Of a stretch of 64,000 nt of DNA, positions 21,669 to 30,384 are shown in pieces. The first letter of the stretch is position 1; each line of letters begins with the position of its first letter. This DNA is from Acidimicrobiales bacterium (GTDB taxonomy: Bacteria > Actinomycetota > Acidimicrobiia > Acidimicrobiales > JAUTXP01): positions 2,941 through 66,940 of the forward strand of contig DASRGI010000190.1 in assembly GCA_035651095.1 (NCBI GenBank), given 5' to 3'. The notes beneath the pieces were generated by a model. It was not told the DNA's origin and did not search any database. It worked only from the letters and a program-made list of their open reading frames with translations. The translations under genes were made by a program, and so were the position numbers.

Positions 21669-23723
21669 GTGTCCATCCGGGTCGGCGTCGACGTCGGGGG
21701 AACCTTCACCAAGGCCATCGCCTTCGACACGGGCGCGGGCACGATGGTGGCCCAGGCCGTCGTCCCCACCACGCACGACCACGCCCATGGCGTGGCCGCC
21801 GGTGTGGTCGAGGTGGTGGAGCGCATCGCCAATGAGGTCGGGCCCGGGCGCATCGAGCTGGTCACCCACTCCACGACCCAGGCGGTCAACGCCTTGCTGG
21901 AGGGCGACGTGGCCACCGTGGGCATGATCGGCATGGGCCGGGCACCCGACCTGCGCAAGGCCCGGCGACGCACGGTCGAGCCCCGCATCGAACTGAGCGA
22001 GGGAAGGCAGCTGCCCACCGTTCCCGAGTTCCTCGACGTCACCGCCGGGCTCGACGCGGCCGCGGCCGGCGCCGCCATCGCCCGGGTTCGCGCCGCCGGG
22101 GCCCAGGCCATCGCCGTGGCCGAGGCCTTCGCCCCTGACGACCTGACCAACGAGGCCACCATCCGGGCCGCGGCCGCCGCCGCCGGCCTGCCCGTCACCA
22201 CGTCGGCCGAGCTCACCGGCCTGTACGGCCTGGAGTTGCGGGCCGTCACCGCCGCCCTCAACGCCTCCATCCTTCCCATCGCCCTGCGCACGGCCGAAGT
22301 GGTGGGCGAGGGCGTGGCCGCCGCGGGTGTGGCCAGCCCGGTGATGGTCATGCGGGGCGACGGCGGCGCCACCGACCTGGCCGGCTTCCGCCAGGCCCCC
22401 GCCCGCACGCTGTACTCGGGCCCGGCCGCGTCGGTGGCCGGGGCCCTCCGGTCGGGCCGGGTCGGCGATGGCGTCATCGTCGAGGTGGGCGGCACGTCCA
22501 CCAACGTGGCCGCCATCCGGCGGGGGCGCCCGGCGCTGTCGTACGTGCAGGTGGCCAGCCACGCCACCGCCATCAGGGCCCTCGACGTGCGCGTGCTCGG
22601 CGTGGCCGGCGGGTCGATGCTGCGCGCTCGCCGAGGCCGGGTGTACGGCGTCGGTCCCCGCAGCGCCCACATCGCCGGCTACCCGTATGCCTGCTTCCTC
22701 ACCGAGGCCGACTTCGCCGGCGCCGTCACCGAACTCGTGGCACCCCGCCCGGGCGACCCGGTCGACTACCTCGCCCTCCGCCTCGCCGACGGCCGCCACG
22801 TGGCCCTCACCAACACCTGCGCGGCCAATGCGTTGGGCGTGGTCCACGAGGGCGACTACGCCCGGGGCGACACCGCCGCGGCTCTGGCCGCCTTCGCCGT
22901 GGCCGGGCGCGAACTGCGCCTGCCCGCCGAGGAGGTGGCCCGGCGCATGCTGCAGGCGTCGACCCAGGCGGTGGGCGACCTGGTGGCGGCCGTGGCGCGC
23001 GACCACCACCTGCAACGGCCCACGTTGGTGGCCGTCGGCGGTGGTGCGGGCGCCCTGGGCCGGGCCGTCGCCGCGGCCATGGACCTGGACCTGGTGGTGC
23101 CGCCCCACGCCGAGGTCATCAGCGCCATCGGCGATGCCCTCTCCCTCATCAGGGCCGAGCGGGAGCGGACCTTCCACGAGCCCACGCCGGCCGACACCCA
23201 GCGGCTCATCGCCGAGGTCGAGGCCGAAGCCCTGCGGGCCGGCGCGGGCGCCGCCGACCTCGACGTGCGGGTCGAGCACAACGCCGAGCGCAGCGCCGTG
23301 CGGGTCACCGTGACCGGCGCCGTCGGCCTCAGCTCCGGTGCCATGCCCGGGCGCCAGCCGGCCACGGCCGACGAAGCCGGCGCCGCCGCCCGCGAGCGGG
23401 GCTACCAGGACGTCGTGCCCGTGGGCCAGTTCTGGGTGGCGACCGGCGGCGACCGCGTCGTCCTCTTCGACCGCTACGCCGACCTCGTCATCGACGCCAA
23501 GGGCGAGGCCGTGCCCGGCCCCCACGCGGAGACGCCGGTGGCCGAGGTCGTGGCCCGCCACACCCGCAGGGTCGGTCCCGTCACCATCGCCCCCGACGCG
23601 TGGGTGATCAGCGGCGCCCGCTTCCTCCAGGTGCCCGACGCCACCGCCCGCGCCATCCTCGACACCGCCGCGGCCCTCACCGTCGACGGCGCCGCCCCCA
23701 CCGTGATCATCGGAAGAGAGTGA
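21669..23723 (+). CDS. Hydantoinase/oxoprolinase A-family (ASKHA-fold) protein
   Basis: 684 aa. N-terminal IRVGVDVGGTFTKAI, then later IVEVGGTSTNVA and LVAVGGGAGALG. It starts 3 nt after the FTR1 stop. Confidence 0.8.
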   Translation: MSIRVGVDVGGTFTKAIAFDTGAGTMVAQAVVPTTHDHAHGVAAGVVEVVERIANEVGPGRIELVTHSTTQAVNALLEGDVATVGMIGMGRAPDLRKARRRTVEPRIELSEGRQLPTVPEFLDVTAGLDAAAAGAAIARVRAAGAQAIAVAEAFAPDDLTNEATIRAAAAAAGLPVTTSAELTGLYGLELRAVTAALNASILPIALRTAEVVGEGVAAAGVASPVMVMRGDGGATDLAGFRQAPARTLYSGPAASVAGALRSGRVGDGVIVEVGGTSTNVAAIRRGRPALSYVQVASHATAIRALDVRVLGVAGGSMLRARRGRVYGVGPRSAHIAGYPYACFLTEADFAGAVTELVAPRPGDPVDYLALRLADGRHVALTNTCAANALGVVHEGDYARGDTAAALAAFAVAGRELRLPAEEVARRMLQASTQAVGDLVAAVARDHHLQRPTLVAVGGGAGALGRAVAAAMDLDLVVPPHAEVISAIGDALSLIRAERERTFHEPTPADTQRLIAEVEAEALRAGAGAADLDVRVEHNAERSAVRVTVTGAVGLSSGAMPGRQPATADEAGAAARERGYQDVVPVGQFWVATGGDRVVLFDRYADLVIDAKGEAVPGPHAETPVAEVVARHTRRVGPVTIAPDAWVISGARFLQVPDATARAILDTAAALTVDGAAPTVIIGRE

Positions 23724-23726
23724 CTC

Positions 23727-24161
23727 GTGGCCCTCTACGTACCCGCCGGTCGCCGCCGCCGCCGTGCCCTCGCCCTGGCCATGGCCGGCCTTGCCATCGG
23801 GCTCGTCTTCGGCGTGCTCATCGGCCGGTCGTCGGCTTCCTCGGTCGAGGACCGCGTCCGCAGCGTGCAGGCCGACGCCCGCCAGACAGCGGCCGGCCTG
23901 CGCGTCATCGCCCTGCACGACCAGGCCGGCGCCATCGCCAATGAGGCGCCTGGCAACGGCGGAGCCGACCTGGTCCTGCGGCGCACCCGTACCGAGCTGC
24001 AGCACGAGTTCGCCCGAGCGCCATGGCTGAAGCAGGCGGAGCGCGACGACCTGCTGCGTGCTCTCGACGCCCTGGCCGCCATCACCGACCGCACCGGCGC
24101 CGCGTTCGGCCAGGCGGCCGATGCCCTGGCCGGCAAGATCGAGACGACGTTCGGCGCATAG
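23727..24161 (+). CDS. Membrane-anchored helical protein, last gene of the FTR1 operon
   Basis: 144 aa with an N-terminal TM helix (ALALAMAGLAIGLVFGVLIG). Starts 3 nt after the hydantoinase-like stop. Confidence 0.55.
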   Translation: MALYVPAGRRRRRALALAMAGLAIGLVFGVLIGRSSASSVEDRVRSVQADARQTAAGLRVIALHDQAGAIANEAPGNGGADLVLRRTRTELQHEFARAPWLKQAERDDLLRALDALAAITDRTGAAFGQAADALAGKIETTFGA

Positions 24162-24191
24162 CCGCCCACCCGTTCTGGGAGCAGGGCCGGG

Positions 24192-24944
24192 TCAGGCATA
24201 GGTCCGGACCAGGGCCAGCACGGCGCCGGCGTCGGGGCCCTCGCCCCGCAAGGCCGTGCTGCTCCCCTCGACCCGGCGCCCGGCCACCAGGCACAGCTCC
24301 AGGGCGTCGCCCCGGATCACCGTCTGGGGATCGACATCCATCCCGAACGCCCACGTGTCGCCGGCCGGCCCGGTGAGCTCGAACCCCACCGGCCCGGCCA
24401 GCTCCCGTCCCTCCCGGGTGAAGGCGTAGGGCAGCGTGCGCCAGGCCAGGCGGGCGATCAGCCGCAGCCGGTCGGTGGGCGGGAGCGGCCGGCCCAGCCC
24501 CCCGGCGACATCGCCCGTGTGGATCCACGTCTCCGCCAGCCGGGTGGTGGCCAGCGTCTGGACCGACAGCTCGCCCGCCACCCACTGCACTCGGTCTCCC
24601 GGATCGTGGGCGGCCAGGGCGTCCCGCAGCCGGGCGACGCTCGACCGCCACCGATCGAAGATGGCGGCGGCCGGAACAGTGCGGTCCCGGGCCACCATGA
24701 GCTCGGCGCCCTCGTCCACCGACGCGGCCGGTCCCAGCCCGGCGGTGAGGTCGGCCAGGGCTTCGTCGAACCGGCCGGTGGCGCTGCCGATGGCCATCTC
24801 GTTGGTCTGCGCCAGGTGGAGCACGACGTCGGCCACCGTCCAGCCCGGGCACGCCGACGGCCGCCGCCACGCGGCCTCGTCCAAGCCGTCCACCAGCGCG
24901 GCCAGCTCGGCCTGCTGTGCGGCCAACGCCCCCAATGCGTCCAC
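24192..24944 (-). CDS. Mycothiol-dependent maleylpyruvate isomerase family (DinB-fold) protein
   Basis: WRRPSACPGWTVADVVLHLAQTNE is typical of this actinobacterial family. GTG 24944 is the chosen start within ORF 24192..25187. Confidence 0.75.
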   Translation of the reverse strand: MDALGALAAQQAELAALVDGLDEAAWRRPSACPGWTVADVVLHLAQTNEMAIGSATGRFDEALADLTAGLGPAASVDEGAELMVARDRTVPAAAIFDRWRSSVARLRDALAAHDPGDRVQWVAGELSVQTLATTRLAETWIHTGDVAGGLGRPLPPTDRLRLIARLAWRTLPYAFTREGRELAGPVGFELTGPAGDTWAFGMDVDPQTVIRGDALELCLVAGRRVEGSSTALRGEGPDAGAVLALVRTYA

Positions 24945-24971
24945 ATCGAGGACTGTACGCTCCGACCCGAC

Positions 24972-25268
24972 ATGGCCGTCATGGAGATCGACACCTTCCA
25001 GCTGGCCGAAGGCGTCGAGGAGGCCGACTTCCTGGACGCCGACCGCCGCATGCAGGCGGACTTCGCCCACCAGCAGCCGGGCATCCTCCGGCGCACGACA
25101 GCCCGCACCACCGACGGCGAGAAGTGGGTCGTCGTGGTGCTGTGGGCGTCGGAGGCCGATGCCGACGCGGCGGCCACCATGCTGCACAGCGACCCCGTGG
25201 CCGGTGCATTCATGGCCCTGGTGGACCCGGCGTCCCTGGAACGCACCCGGGTCACCACGCTCGGCTGA
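24972..25268 (+). CDS. Small ABM/Dabb-fold protein, putative
   Basis: A 98-aa internal ORF (MAVMEIDTFQL...VVVVLWASEADADAA), divergent from the DinB gene. Confidence 0.45.
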   Translation: MAVMEIDTFQLAEGVEEADFLDADRRMQADFAHQQPGILRRTTARTTDGEKWVVVVLWASEADADAAATMLHSDPVAGAFMALVDPASLERTRVTTLG

Positions 25269-25286
25269 CCCGCCCCCGGCGGCCGC

Positions 25287-25640
25287 CTACTGCTGCACGA
25301 GCATCAGGTAGTTGCCTTCGGGGTCACTGATGGCGGCCAGCGTGGGCCCGCCGGGCACGTCGAAGGGCTCGATCACCACGGCCCCGCCCATGGCACTCGC
25401 CTGCTCGAGCGACGCCCGCAGGTCTCGCACCTGGACGTACAGCGTGATGCCGGTGCGGTCGCCAGCCCGGATGTGCCCGCCCGGCCCGGGCTCCGGGCCC
25501 CCGATGCCGGGTGGGATCTGCATGATGGGACCGTCGCCGATGGTCCAGTTGAACAGCCCGCTGTAGAAGGCCCGCTGCCGTTCCGGGTCGAGCGCCTGGA
25601 GCTCCCAGTGCACGACCGGTCGTGCCCAGTCATCGCCCAT
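25287..25640 (-). CDS. VOC/glyoxalase-family protein
   Basis: 117 aa from the internal ATG. Contains VVHWELQALDPERQRAFYSGLFNW...AAISDPEGNYLMLVQ. Confidence 0.75.
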   Translation of the reverse strand: MGDDWARPVVHWELQALDPERQRAFYSGLFNWTIGDGPIMQIPPGIGGPEPGPGGHIRAGDRTGITLYVQVRDLRASLEQASAMGGAVVIEPFDVPGGPTLAAISDPEGNYLMLVQQ

Positions 25641-25715
25641 GCCCAGACGGTACCCACGCGAGCGCGGGCAGCGCTTCCCTCCAATTGACATGACCGGTGT
25701 GTCCCATGTACGCTA

Positions 25716-25731
25716 TCGATTGATCAATCGA
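25716..25731. promoter_or_regulatory. Perfect 16-bp palindrome TCGATTGATCAATCGA: operator site A, upstream of the paaA-like gene
   Basis: Read directly. It lies just downstream of a TTGACA (25685-25690) and TACGCT promoter-like pair. Related copies occur at 31145, 33305 and 44035. Confidence 0.65.
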
Positions 25732-25779
25732 CAAATTCTGTTGAACACCGATTCCCTGTTGAGCACCTTCGGAGGAGCG

Positions 25780-26691
25780 ATGACGGAGCAGGTCGAAGAC
25801 CGGGCCCAGGATCCCCGTCTGGCGGTCCGCTACGAGCGCTGGGACGAGATGAGCGACGAGTACCGCACCGCGGCGGCCAAGGTGGCGTCGTTCCAGGCGT
25901 TGGCCGAGCTCGTCGGCGTCCTCCCGTTCAACGAGTGGATGGACCGGGTGCCGGACTACGCCCGCAAGCAGATGCTCGTGGCCAAGATCCAGGACGAGGT
26001 GGGGCACGGGCATGTCACCGCCCGGGTGGCCGAGGACCTCGGCGTCACCCGTGAGGAGATCCTCGAGGACTTCGCTGCCGGCAAGACCAAGCTCCTCAAC
26101 ATCTTCCACTACGGCTTCGCGACCTGGGAGGAGATCGGCCCGGCCGCCCTGCTCATGAACTCGGCCGCCATCGTCCAGTTCCAGTCGCTCGACCAGGGCA
26201 CGTACCTGCCCTACACCCGGGCGCTCAAGAAGATCGAGAAGGAAGAGGGCTTCCACTACCACCACGCCCTCGACCTCACGCACCAGATCATGCAGGAGGG
26301 CGAGGCCGAACAGCGGGCCATCGTGCAGGACGCCTTCGACACCTGGTTCCCGCGCCTGCTGGCCTACTTCGGCCCGCCCGACAGCGATCGCTACCACGAC
26401 AACGTCGGGTACAAGTTCGGTCTGAAGGTCGACTCCAACGACGACCTGCGCCAGCGCTGGATCGCCAAGATCGTCCCCGTGTTCCGCGAGCTGGGCGTGC
26501 ACGTGTCCGACGACCTGGCCTCGTGTGACGAGGAGAGCGGCGAGTGGTCCTACGTCGCCGTCGACTGGGCGGCGTCCAAGAAGCTCATCGCCGAAGGCGG
26601 TCCCAAGTACCAGGAGTGGGTCGACACGGTCCGCGGCTCGCTGGAGCGCAACGAGCGCTACCGGAAGGCCGCTCTGGCGCTGGCGGCCTGA
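25780..26691 (+). CDS. paaA: PaaA-like diiron acyl-CoA epoxidase catalytic subunit
   Basis: RBS GGAGGAG. Two EXXH motifs (QDEVGHGH, EKEEGFHYHH). The length and sequence are typical of 1,2-phenylacetyl-CoA epoxidase subunit A. Confidence 0.8.
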   Translation: MTEQVEDRAQDPRLAVRYERWDEMSDEYRTAAAKVASFQALAELVGVLPFNEWMDRVPDYARKQMLVAKIQDEVGHGHVTARVAEDLGVTREEILEDFAAGKTKLLNIFHYGFATWEEIGPAALLMNSAAIVQFQSLDQGTYLPYTRALKKIEKEEGFHYHHALDLTHQIMQEGEAEQRAIVQDAFDTWFPRLLAYFGPPDSDRYHDNVGYKFGLKVDSNDDLRQRWIAKIVPVFRELGVHVSDDLASCDEESGEWSYVAVDWAASKKLIAEGGPKYQEWVDTVRGSLERNERYRKAALALAA

Positions 26692-26692
26692 C

Positions 26693-26998
26693 GTGCACGC
26701 GGCCGACGACGATCCCAACGCCTACGAGGTGTTCGTCCAGATAGGCGGCTCGGGCAAGCCCGTGCAATACGTGGGCAGCGTCCGGGGCGCCGACCCGGTG
26801 CTGGCTTGGCACGCGGCCAAGGAAGTGTTCACCCGGCGGGAGGACTGCACCCAGCTGTGGGTGGTACCCCGCGCCGCGGTGGTGCGCAGCGACGCCGAGG
26901 ACGAGCTCGTCCTGGCCAAGGGCAGTGCTCGGCGCTACCGACTCCCCAGCTATCCAAGCAGCCGCCGCCGGATGCGCAGCCGCTCGGAGGTGGCGTGA
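26693..26998 (+). CDS. paaB: PaaB-like epoxidase subunit
   Basis: About 101 aa, with YEVFVQ...GKPVQYVGSVRGADPVLAWHAAKEVFTRRE...LWVVPR. Confidence 0.8.
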   Translation: MHAADDDPNAYEVFVQIGGSGKPVQYVGSVRGADPVLAWHAAKEVFTRREDCTQLWVVPRAAVVRSDAEDELVLAKGSARRYRLPSYPSSRRRMRSRSEVA

Positions 26999-27741
26999 TC
27001 CATGCACCGCTGGTCGTCGCCTGGTGCGACGACCTCTTCCTCCAAGGCCACCAGCTCGCTCGCTGGATCACCGACTACGTCGATCTCGAGGAGTCGCTCG
27101 CCATGGGCTCCGTCGCCCAGGAACACCTGGCCCACGCGGCCGCGCTCCTCGGCGCCTGCGAGATGAACGAGTACGAACGCGACGCCCACGTGTACGAGCG
27201 GCCCGCGGACCAGTGGTTCCCGTCCGCCCTCAGCTTCCTGCCCCGGCAGGACTGGCCCGCCACCGTGGCCCACGCCCTCTTCCTCAACCAAGGGCTGCTG
27301 GTGTTGCGCAGCCACGTGCAGCTGCCCGACAAGCCGCGCGTCCAGCAGCTGGCCGAGATCATCCGGGCCGAGCAGGACCTGCACGCCCGCCACTGGGCAC
27401 GCTGGGTCCGGGTGTTCGCATCCGACCCCGAGCTGGCCGACGAGTTCGGCGACCGGGTGGCCAAAGCCGCGGGCATGGCGGTCGACCTCTTCGGTTTCCC
27501 GGCCGGCGTCGACGGTCCCGACGCTCTGGTGGGCGACACCGACCCGGCCGACATGCAGCGGGAGTGGGCCAAGGCGACCACCTGCGTCCTCGAGGAGGCC
27601 GGCATCACCGCACCGGACCTGCCGGACACCCCGCAGCCCCGCCAGCCGGGCGACACCCGCGAGCCGCTGACCCAGGTCCTCGCCGAACTGCGCTGGGCGC
27701 GGGGCCCGGGAGGTGCCAACCGCTACGAGGTCTACCGGTGA
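26995..27741 (+). CDS. paaC: PaaC-like epoxidase structural subunit
   Basis: Its GTG overlaps the paaB stop. A helical ferritin-like sequence (CDDLFLQGHQLARWITDYVDLEESLAMGSVAQEHLAHA). Confidence 0.7.
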   Translation: MIHAPLVVAWCDDLFLQGHQLARWITDYVDLEESLAMGSVAQEHLAHAAALLGACEMNEYERDAHVYERPADQWFPSALSFLPRQDWPATVAHALFLNQGLLVLRSHVQLPDKPRVQQLAEIIRAEQDLHARHWARWVRVFASDPELADEFGDRVAKAAGMAVDLFGFPAGVDGPDALVGDTDPADMQREWAKATTCVLEEAGITAPDLPDTPQPRQPGDTREPLTQVLAELRWARGPGGANRYEVYR

Positions 27742-28199
27742 CCTCGGCCATCGAGGACGCCCTGGCCAAGGTCGAGGATCCCGAGGTCCCGGTCACCCTG
27801 CTGGATCTGGGCGTGCTGCGGAGCGTCACCGTCGACGCCGACCGCGTGGTGGTCCTGCTCCGCCCCACCCGGCTCGGATGCCCGGGCCGCGACCGCATGG
27901 AGCGGGACGTGACCACCGCCGTGCACGCCGTCGACCCCCACCTGGCCGTCGAGGTGGCGTGGGAGCCGCTGCCCTGGCGGGAGCAGGACGTCACCCCCGC
28001 GGGGCGGGCCGCCCTCAAGGACATCGGGTACGCCGTGCTGCTGGGTGGGCCGGCCCGGTGCCCGTACTGCGGGTCGGAGGACGCGAAGTCGGAAGGCGAG
28101 TTCGGCGGCGCGCTGTGCAAGGCGCCCTACACCTGCCGGTCGTGTGGCTCGACGTTCGATGCCATGCGCTCGGCCCTGGCGGCGTTGGGAGAGGCGTGA
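27738..28199 (+). CDS. paaD: PaaD-like (DUF59/SufT-type) protein with a C-terminal Cys4 ribbon
   Basis: Contains VEDPEVPVTLLDLGVLR, plus CPYCGS...CRSCGS. Both start and stop overlap the neighbouring genes. Confidence 0.75.
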   Translation: MTSAIEDALAKVEDPEVPVTLLDLGVLRSVTVDADRVVVLLRPTRLGCPGRDRMERDVTTAVHAVDPHLAVEVAWEPLPWREQDVTPAGRAALKDIGYAVLLGGPARCPYCGSEDAKSEGEFGGALCKAPYTCRSCGSTFDAMRSALAALGEA

Positions 28200-28972
28200 G
28201 CGCAACCGAGGAGATCCTGTACGAGATCAACGGCGGCGTCGCTCGCGTCACCATCAACCGCGCCCACCGCATGAACGCCTTCACGCTGGAGGGCGCCGAG
28301 CGGTTGGTGACCTGCATCCAGCAGGCCGGGGCCGACCCGGAGGTCGGCGTCATCGTCCTCACCGGCGCGGGCGAGCGGGCCTTCTGTACGGGCGGGGACG
28401 TGGGCGACTTCGAGAGCTTCACCATCGACGTCGACCGGGCCATGAACACGACCCTGCTCCGCCTATCGCACGAACTGCGGACGTGCGGCAAGCCGGTGAT
28501 CGCACGGGTGAACGGCTACTGCATCGGCGCCGGCAACGAGCTCAACATGCTGTGCGACCTCACCATCGCGGCCGAGCACGCCCGCTTCGGGCAGACGGGC
28601 CCGAAGATGGGGAGCGTGCCCAACTGGTGGGTCACGCAACTGCTGCCCCGCTCGGTGGGCGAGAAGCGGGCGCGGGAGATCGTCTATCTCTGCCTCCAGT
28701 ACTCGGCCGAGGAAGCCAGGGACATGGGCTGGGTCAACCGCGTGGTACCCAAAGAGGAGCTGGACGCGGCCGTGGCCGAGTGGTGCGAGCGCCTGCTGAC
28801 CATGAGCCCGACCGCCCTGCGCCTGGCCAAGATGGCGATCAACCAGGGAAGCGACCAGGCGTTCGCGGCGGTGACGCAGGGCATGGAGCTGATCACCTTC
28901 TTCCACGACACCGACGAGTCGAGGGAAGGCATGCGGGCCTTCTTGGAGAAGCGGCCGCCCAAGTTTCGCTGA
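28196..28972 (+). CDS. Crotonase-superfamily enzyme of the MenB/BadI type
   Basis: NGYCIGAGNELNMLCDLTIAAEHARFGQTGPKMGSV...EKRAREIVYLCLQYSAEEARDMGWVNRVVP closely parallels the MenB/BadI signature recalled from memory. Confidence 0.75.
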   Translation: MSATEEILYEINGGVARVTINRAHRMNAFTLEGAERLVTCIQQAGADPEVGVIVLTGAGERAFCTGGDVGDFESFTIDVDRAMNTTLLRLSHELRTCGKPVIARVNGYCIGAGNELNMLCDLTIAAEHARFGQTGPKMGSVPNWWVTQLLPRSVGEKRAREIVYLCLQYSAEEARDMGWVNRVVPKEELDAAVAEWCERLLTMSPTALRLAKMAINQGSDQAFAAVTQGMELITFFHDTDESREGMRAFLEKRPPKFR

Positions 28973-29014
28973 GCCGCACGCGGCCGGCGGCAGTTCCGTT
29001 GGCGGCCGAGCGGG

Positions 29015-29740
29015 CTAGAGCATGGCGTAGCCACCGTTGACGCTGAGCGTCTGACCGGTGATCCACTCCGACCGCTCGTCCAGGAAGAAGCGCACGGCGT
29101 TGGCGGCGTCCTCGGGCCGGCCCAAGCGGCCCATGGGATAGAAGCGGGGCATGCGCTCCAACTGCCGCTCGTCGAACGTCTCCAGGGCACCGGGTGTGAC
29201 CGTGGTGGAAAGCGACACGCAGTTCACGGTGATGCCGTGCTTGCCGACCTCTTTGGCCAGCGACCGGCTGAACCCGGCCACTCCCGCCTTGGCCGCGGCG
29301 TAGACGGCCACGCCGGGCTCGCCGGTGCGGCCGGAGTCCGACACGATGCTCACGATGCGGCCCCAGCCCCGCTCGATCATCCCGGGCAGCACGAGATGGC
29401 TGAGGTGGACGGGGCCCATCAGGTTGATGGCGATCTCGTCCTCCCACTGGGAAGGCGCGGCGTCGAGGAAGGGGCCCCACGTCCAGCGGCCGGCGTTGTT
29501 CACCAGCGCGTCGATCCGGCCGATGCCGGCCACGGCGGCGGCCAGTTGGTCGCGGTCGCGCACGTCGGCCACGTGGGTGGACACCCGCTCGGGCGGCAGC
29601 GCCGCGGCCATGGACTCGAGACGATCACCGTCCCGATCGACCGCGGCCACCACGTAGCCGGCGTCGACCAGTTCGGTGGCGATCTGCTCGCCCACGCCCT
29701 GGCCCGCGCCGGTGACCAGCGCGACCCGCTCTTCGCTCAC
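29015..29740 (-). CDS. SDR-family oxidoreductase
   Basis: 241 aa, with VALVTGAGQGVGE, the YAAAK catalytic motif and NAGR. Confidence 0.85.
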   Translation of the reverse strand: MSEERVALVTGAGQGVGEQIATELVDAGYVVAAVDRDGDRLESMAAALPPERVSTHVADVRDRDQLAAAVAGIGRIDALVNNAGRWTWGPFLDAAPSQWEDEIAINLMGPVHLSHLVLPGMIERGWGRIVSIVSDSGRTGEPGVAVYAAAKAGVAGFSRSLAKEVGKHGITVNCVSLSTTVTPGALETFDERQLERMPRFYPMGRLGRPEDAANAVRFFLDERSEWITGQTLSVNGGYAML

Positions 29741-30357
29741 GGTGCTTCCGGCAGGCCGATGAGGTTGCAGAACACGTCGGCCACGCCCGCGGGGTCGAGC
29801 GTCCGACCGGGCCGGTACCAGTGGTACATCCAGCAGACCATGCCCACCACGCCCTCGGTGACGATGGTGGTGGGGGCGTCGCTGGGGAAGGTGCCGTCGT
29901 CCTGTAGCTGCTTCACCAACTTGCTGATGCGGGCCATGAAGGCCTTCTCGTCCTTGGTCACCGCGGCCCGCAGGTCTTCGGGGAACGAGGAGTCGAGCTC
30001 CTTCCAGTAGACGGCGAACGTCTCCTGGTTCTCGATGACGGCGGCCACGAAGGCGCCGATGATGGCCCGGAGCTGGGCGGCCGGGGGCGCGTCGGGATCG
30101 GCGGCATCGAGCGAAGCCAGGATGTCGTGGTCGACCTGGAGGGCGATCTGGCGCAGCAGATCGTCCTTCGACCCGACGTAGTGGTAGATCGCCGGCTGGC
30201 TCAGCCCCACCTCGGCGGCGATCTCCTTGGTGGTCCCGGCCGCGAACCCCCGGCGGTAGAACACCAGCGCCGCGCCTCGCAGGATGTCCCGGCGCTTCCG
30301 CTCGAATCCCGCCGACCGGTCGATGACAGGCGCCGGCTCACTCGCTGATTTGGCCAC
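29737..30357 (-). CDS. TetR/AcrR-family transcriptional regulator
   Basis: 206 aa, with FYRRGFAAGTTKEIAAEVGLSQPAIYHYVGSKDDLL. It sits between two SDR genes on the same strand. Confidence 0.9.
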   Translation of the reverse strand: MAKSASEPAPVIDRSAGFERKRRDILRGAALVFYRRGFAAGTTKEIAAEVGLSQPAIYHYVGSKDDLLRQIALQVDHDILASLDAADPDAPPAAQLRAIIGAFVAAVIENQETFAVYWKELDSSFPEDLRAAVTKDEKAFMARISKLVKQLQDDGTFPSDAPTTIVTEGVVGMVCWMYHWYRPGRTLDPAGVADVFCNLIGLPEAP

Positions 30358-30384
30358 GTCCCCTTCCCTCCCCCGGCTGGCGCC

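Noticed and set aside
21603-24005. 800-aa minus-strand ORF
   Set aside because: It is antisense to the hydantoinase-like gene, extremely Gly/Asp/Ala/His/Arg-rich, and has no motifs.
28973-29014. GC-rich sequence between the convergent crotonase and SDR genes as a terminator
   Set aside because: Only short, imperfect complementarity (GGCCG...CGGCC type) could be found by eye. This is not enough to call.
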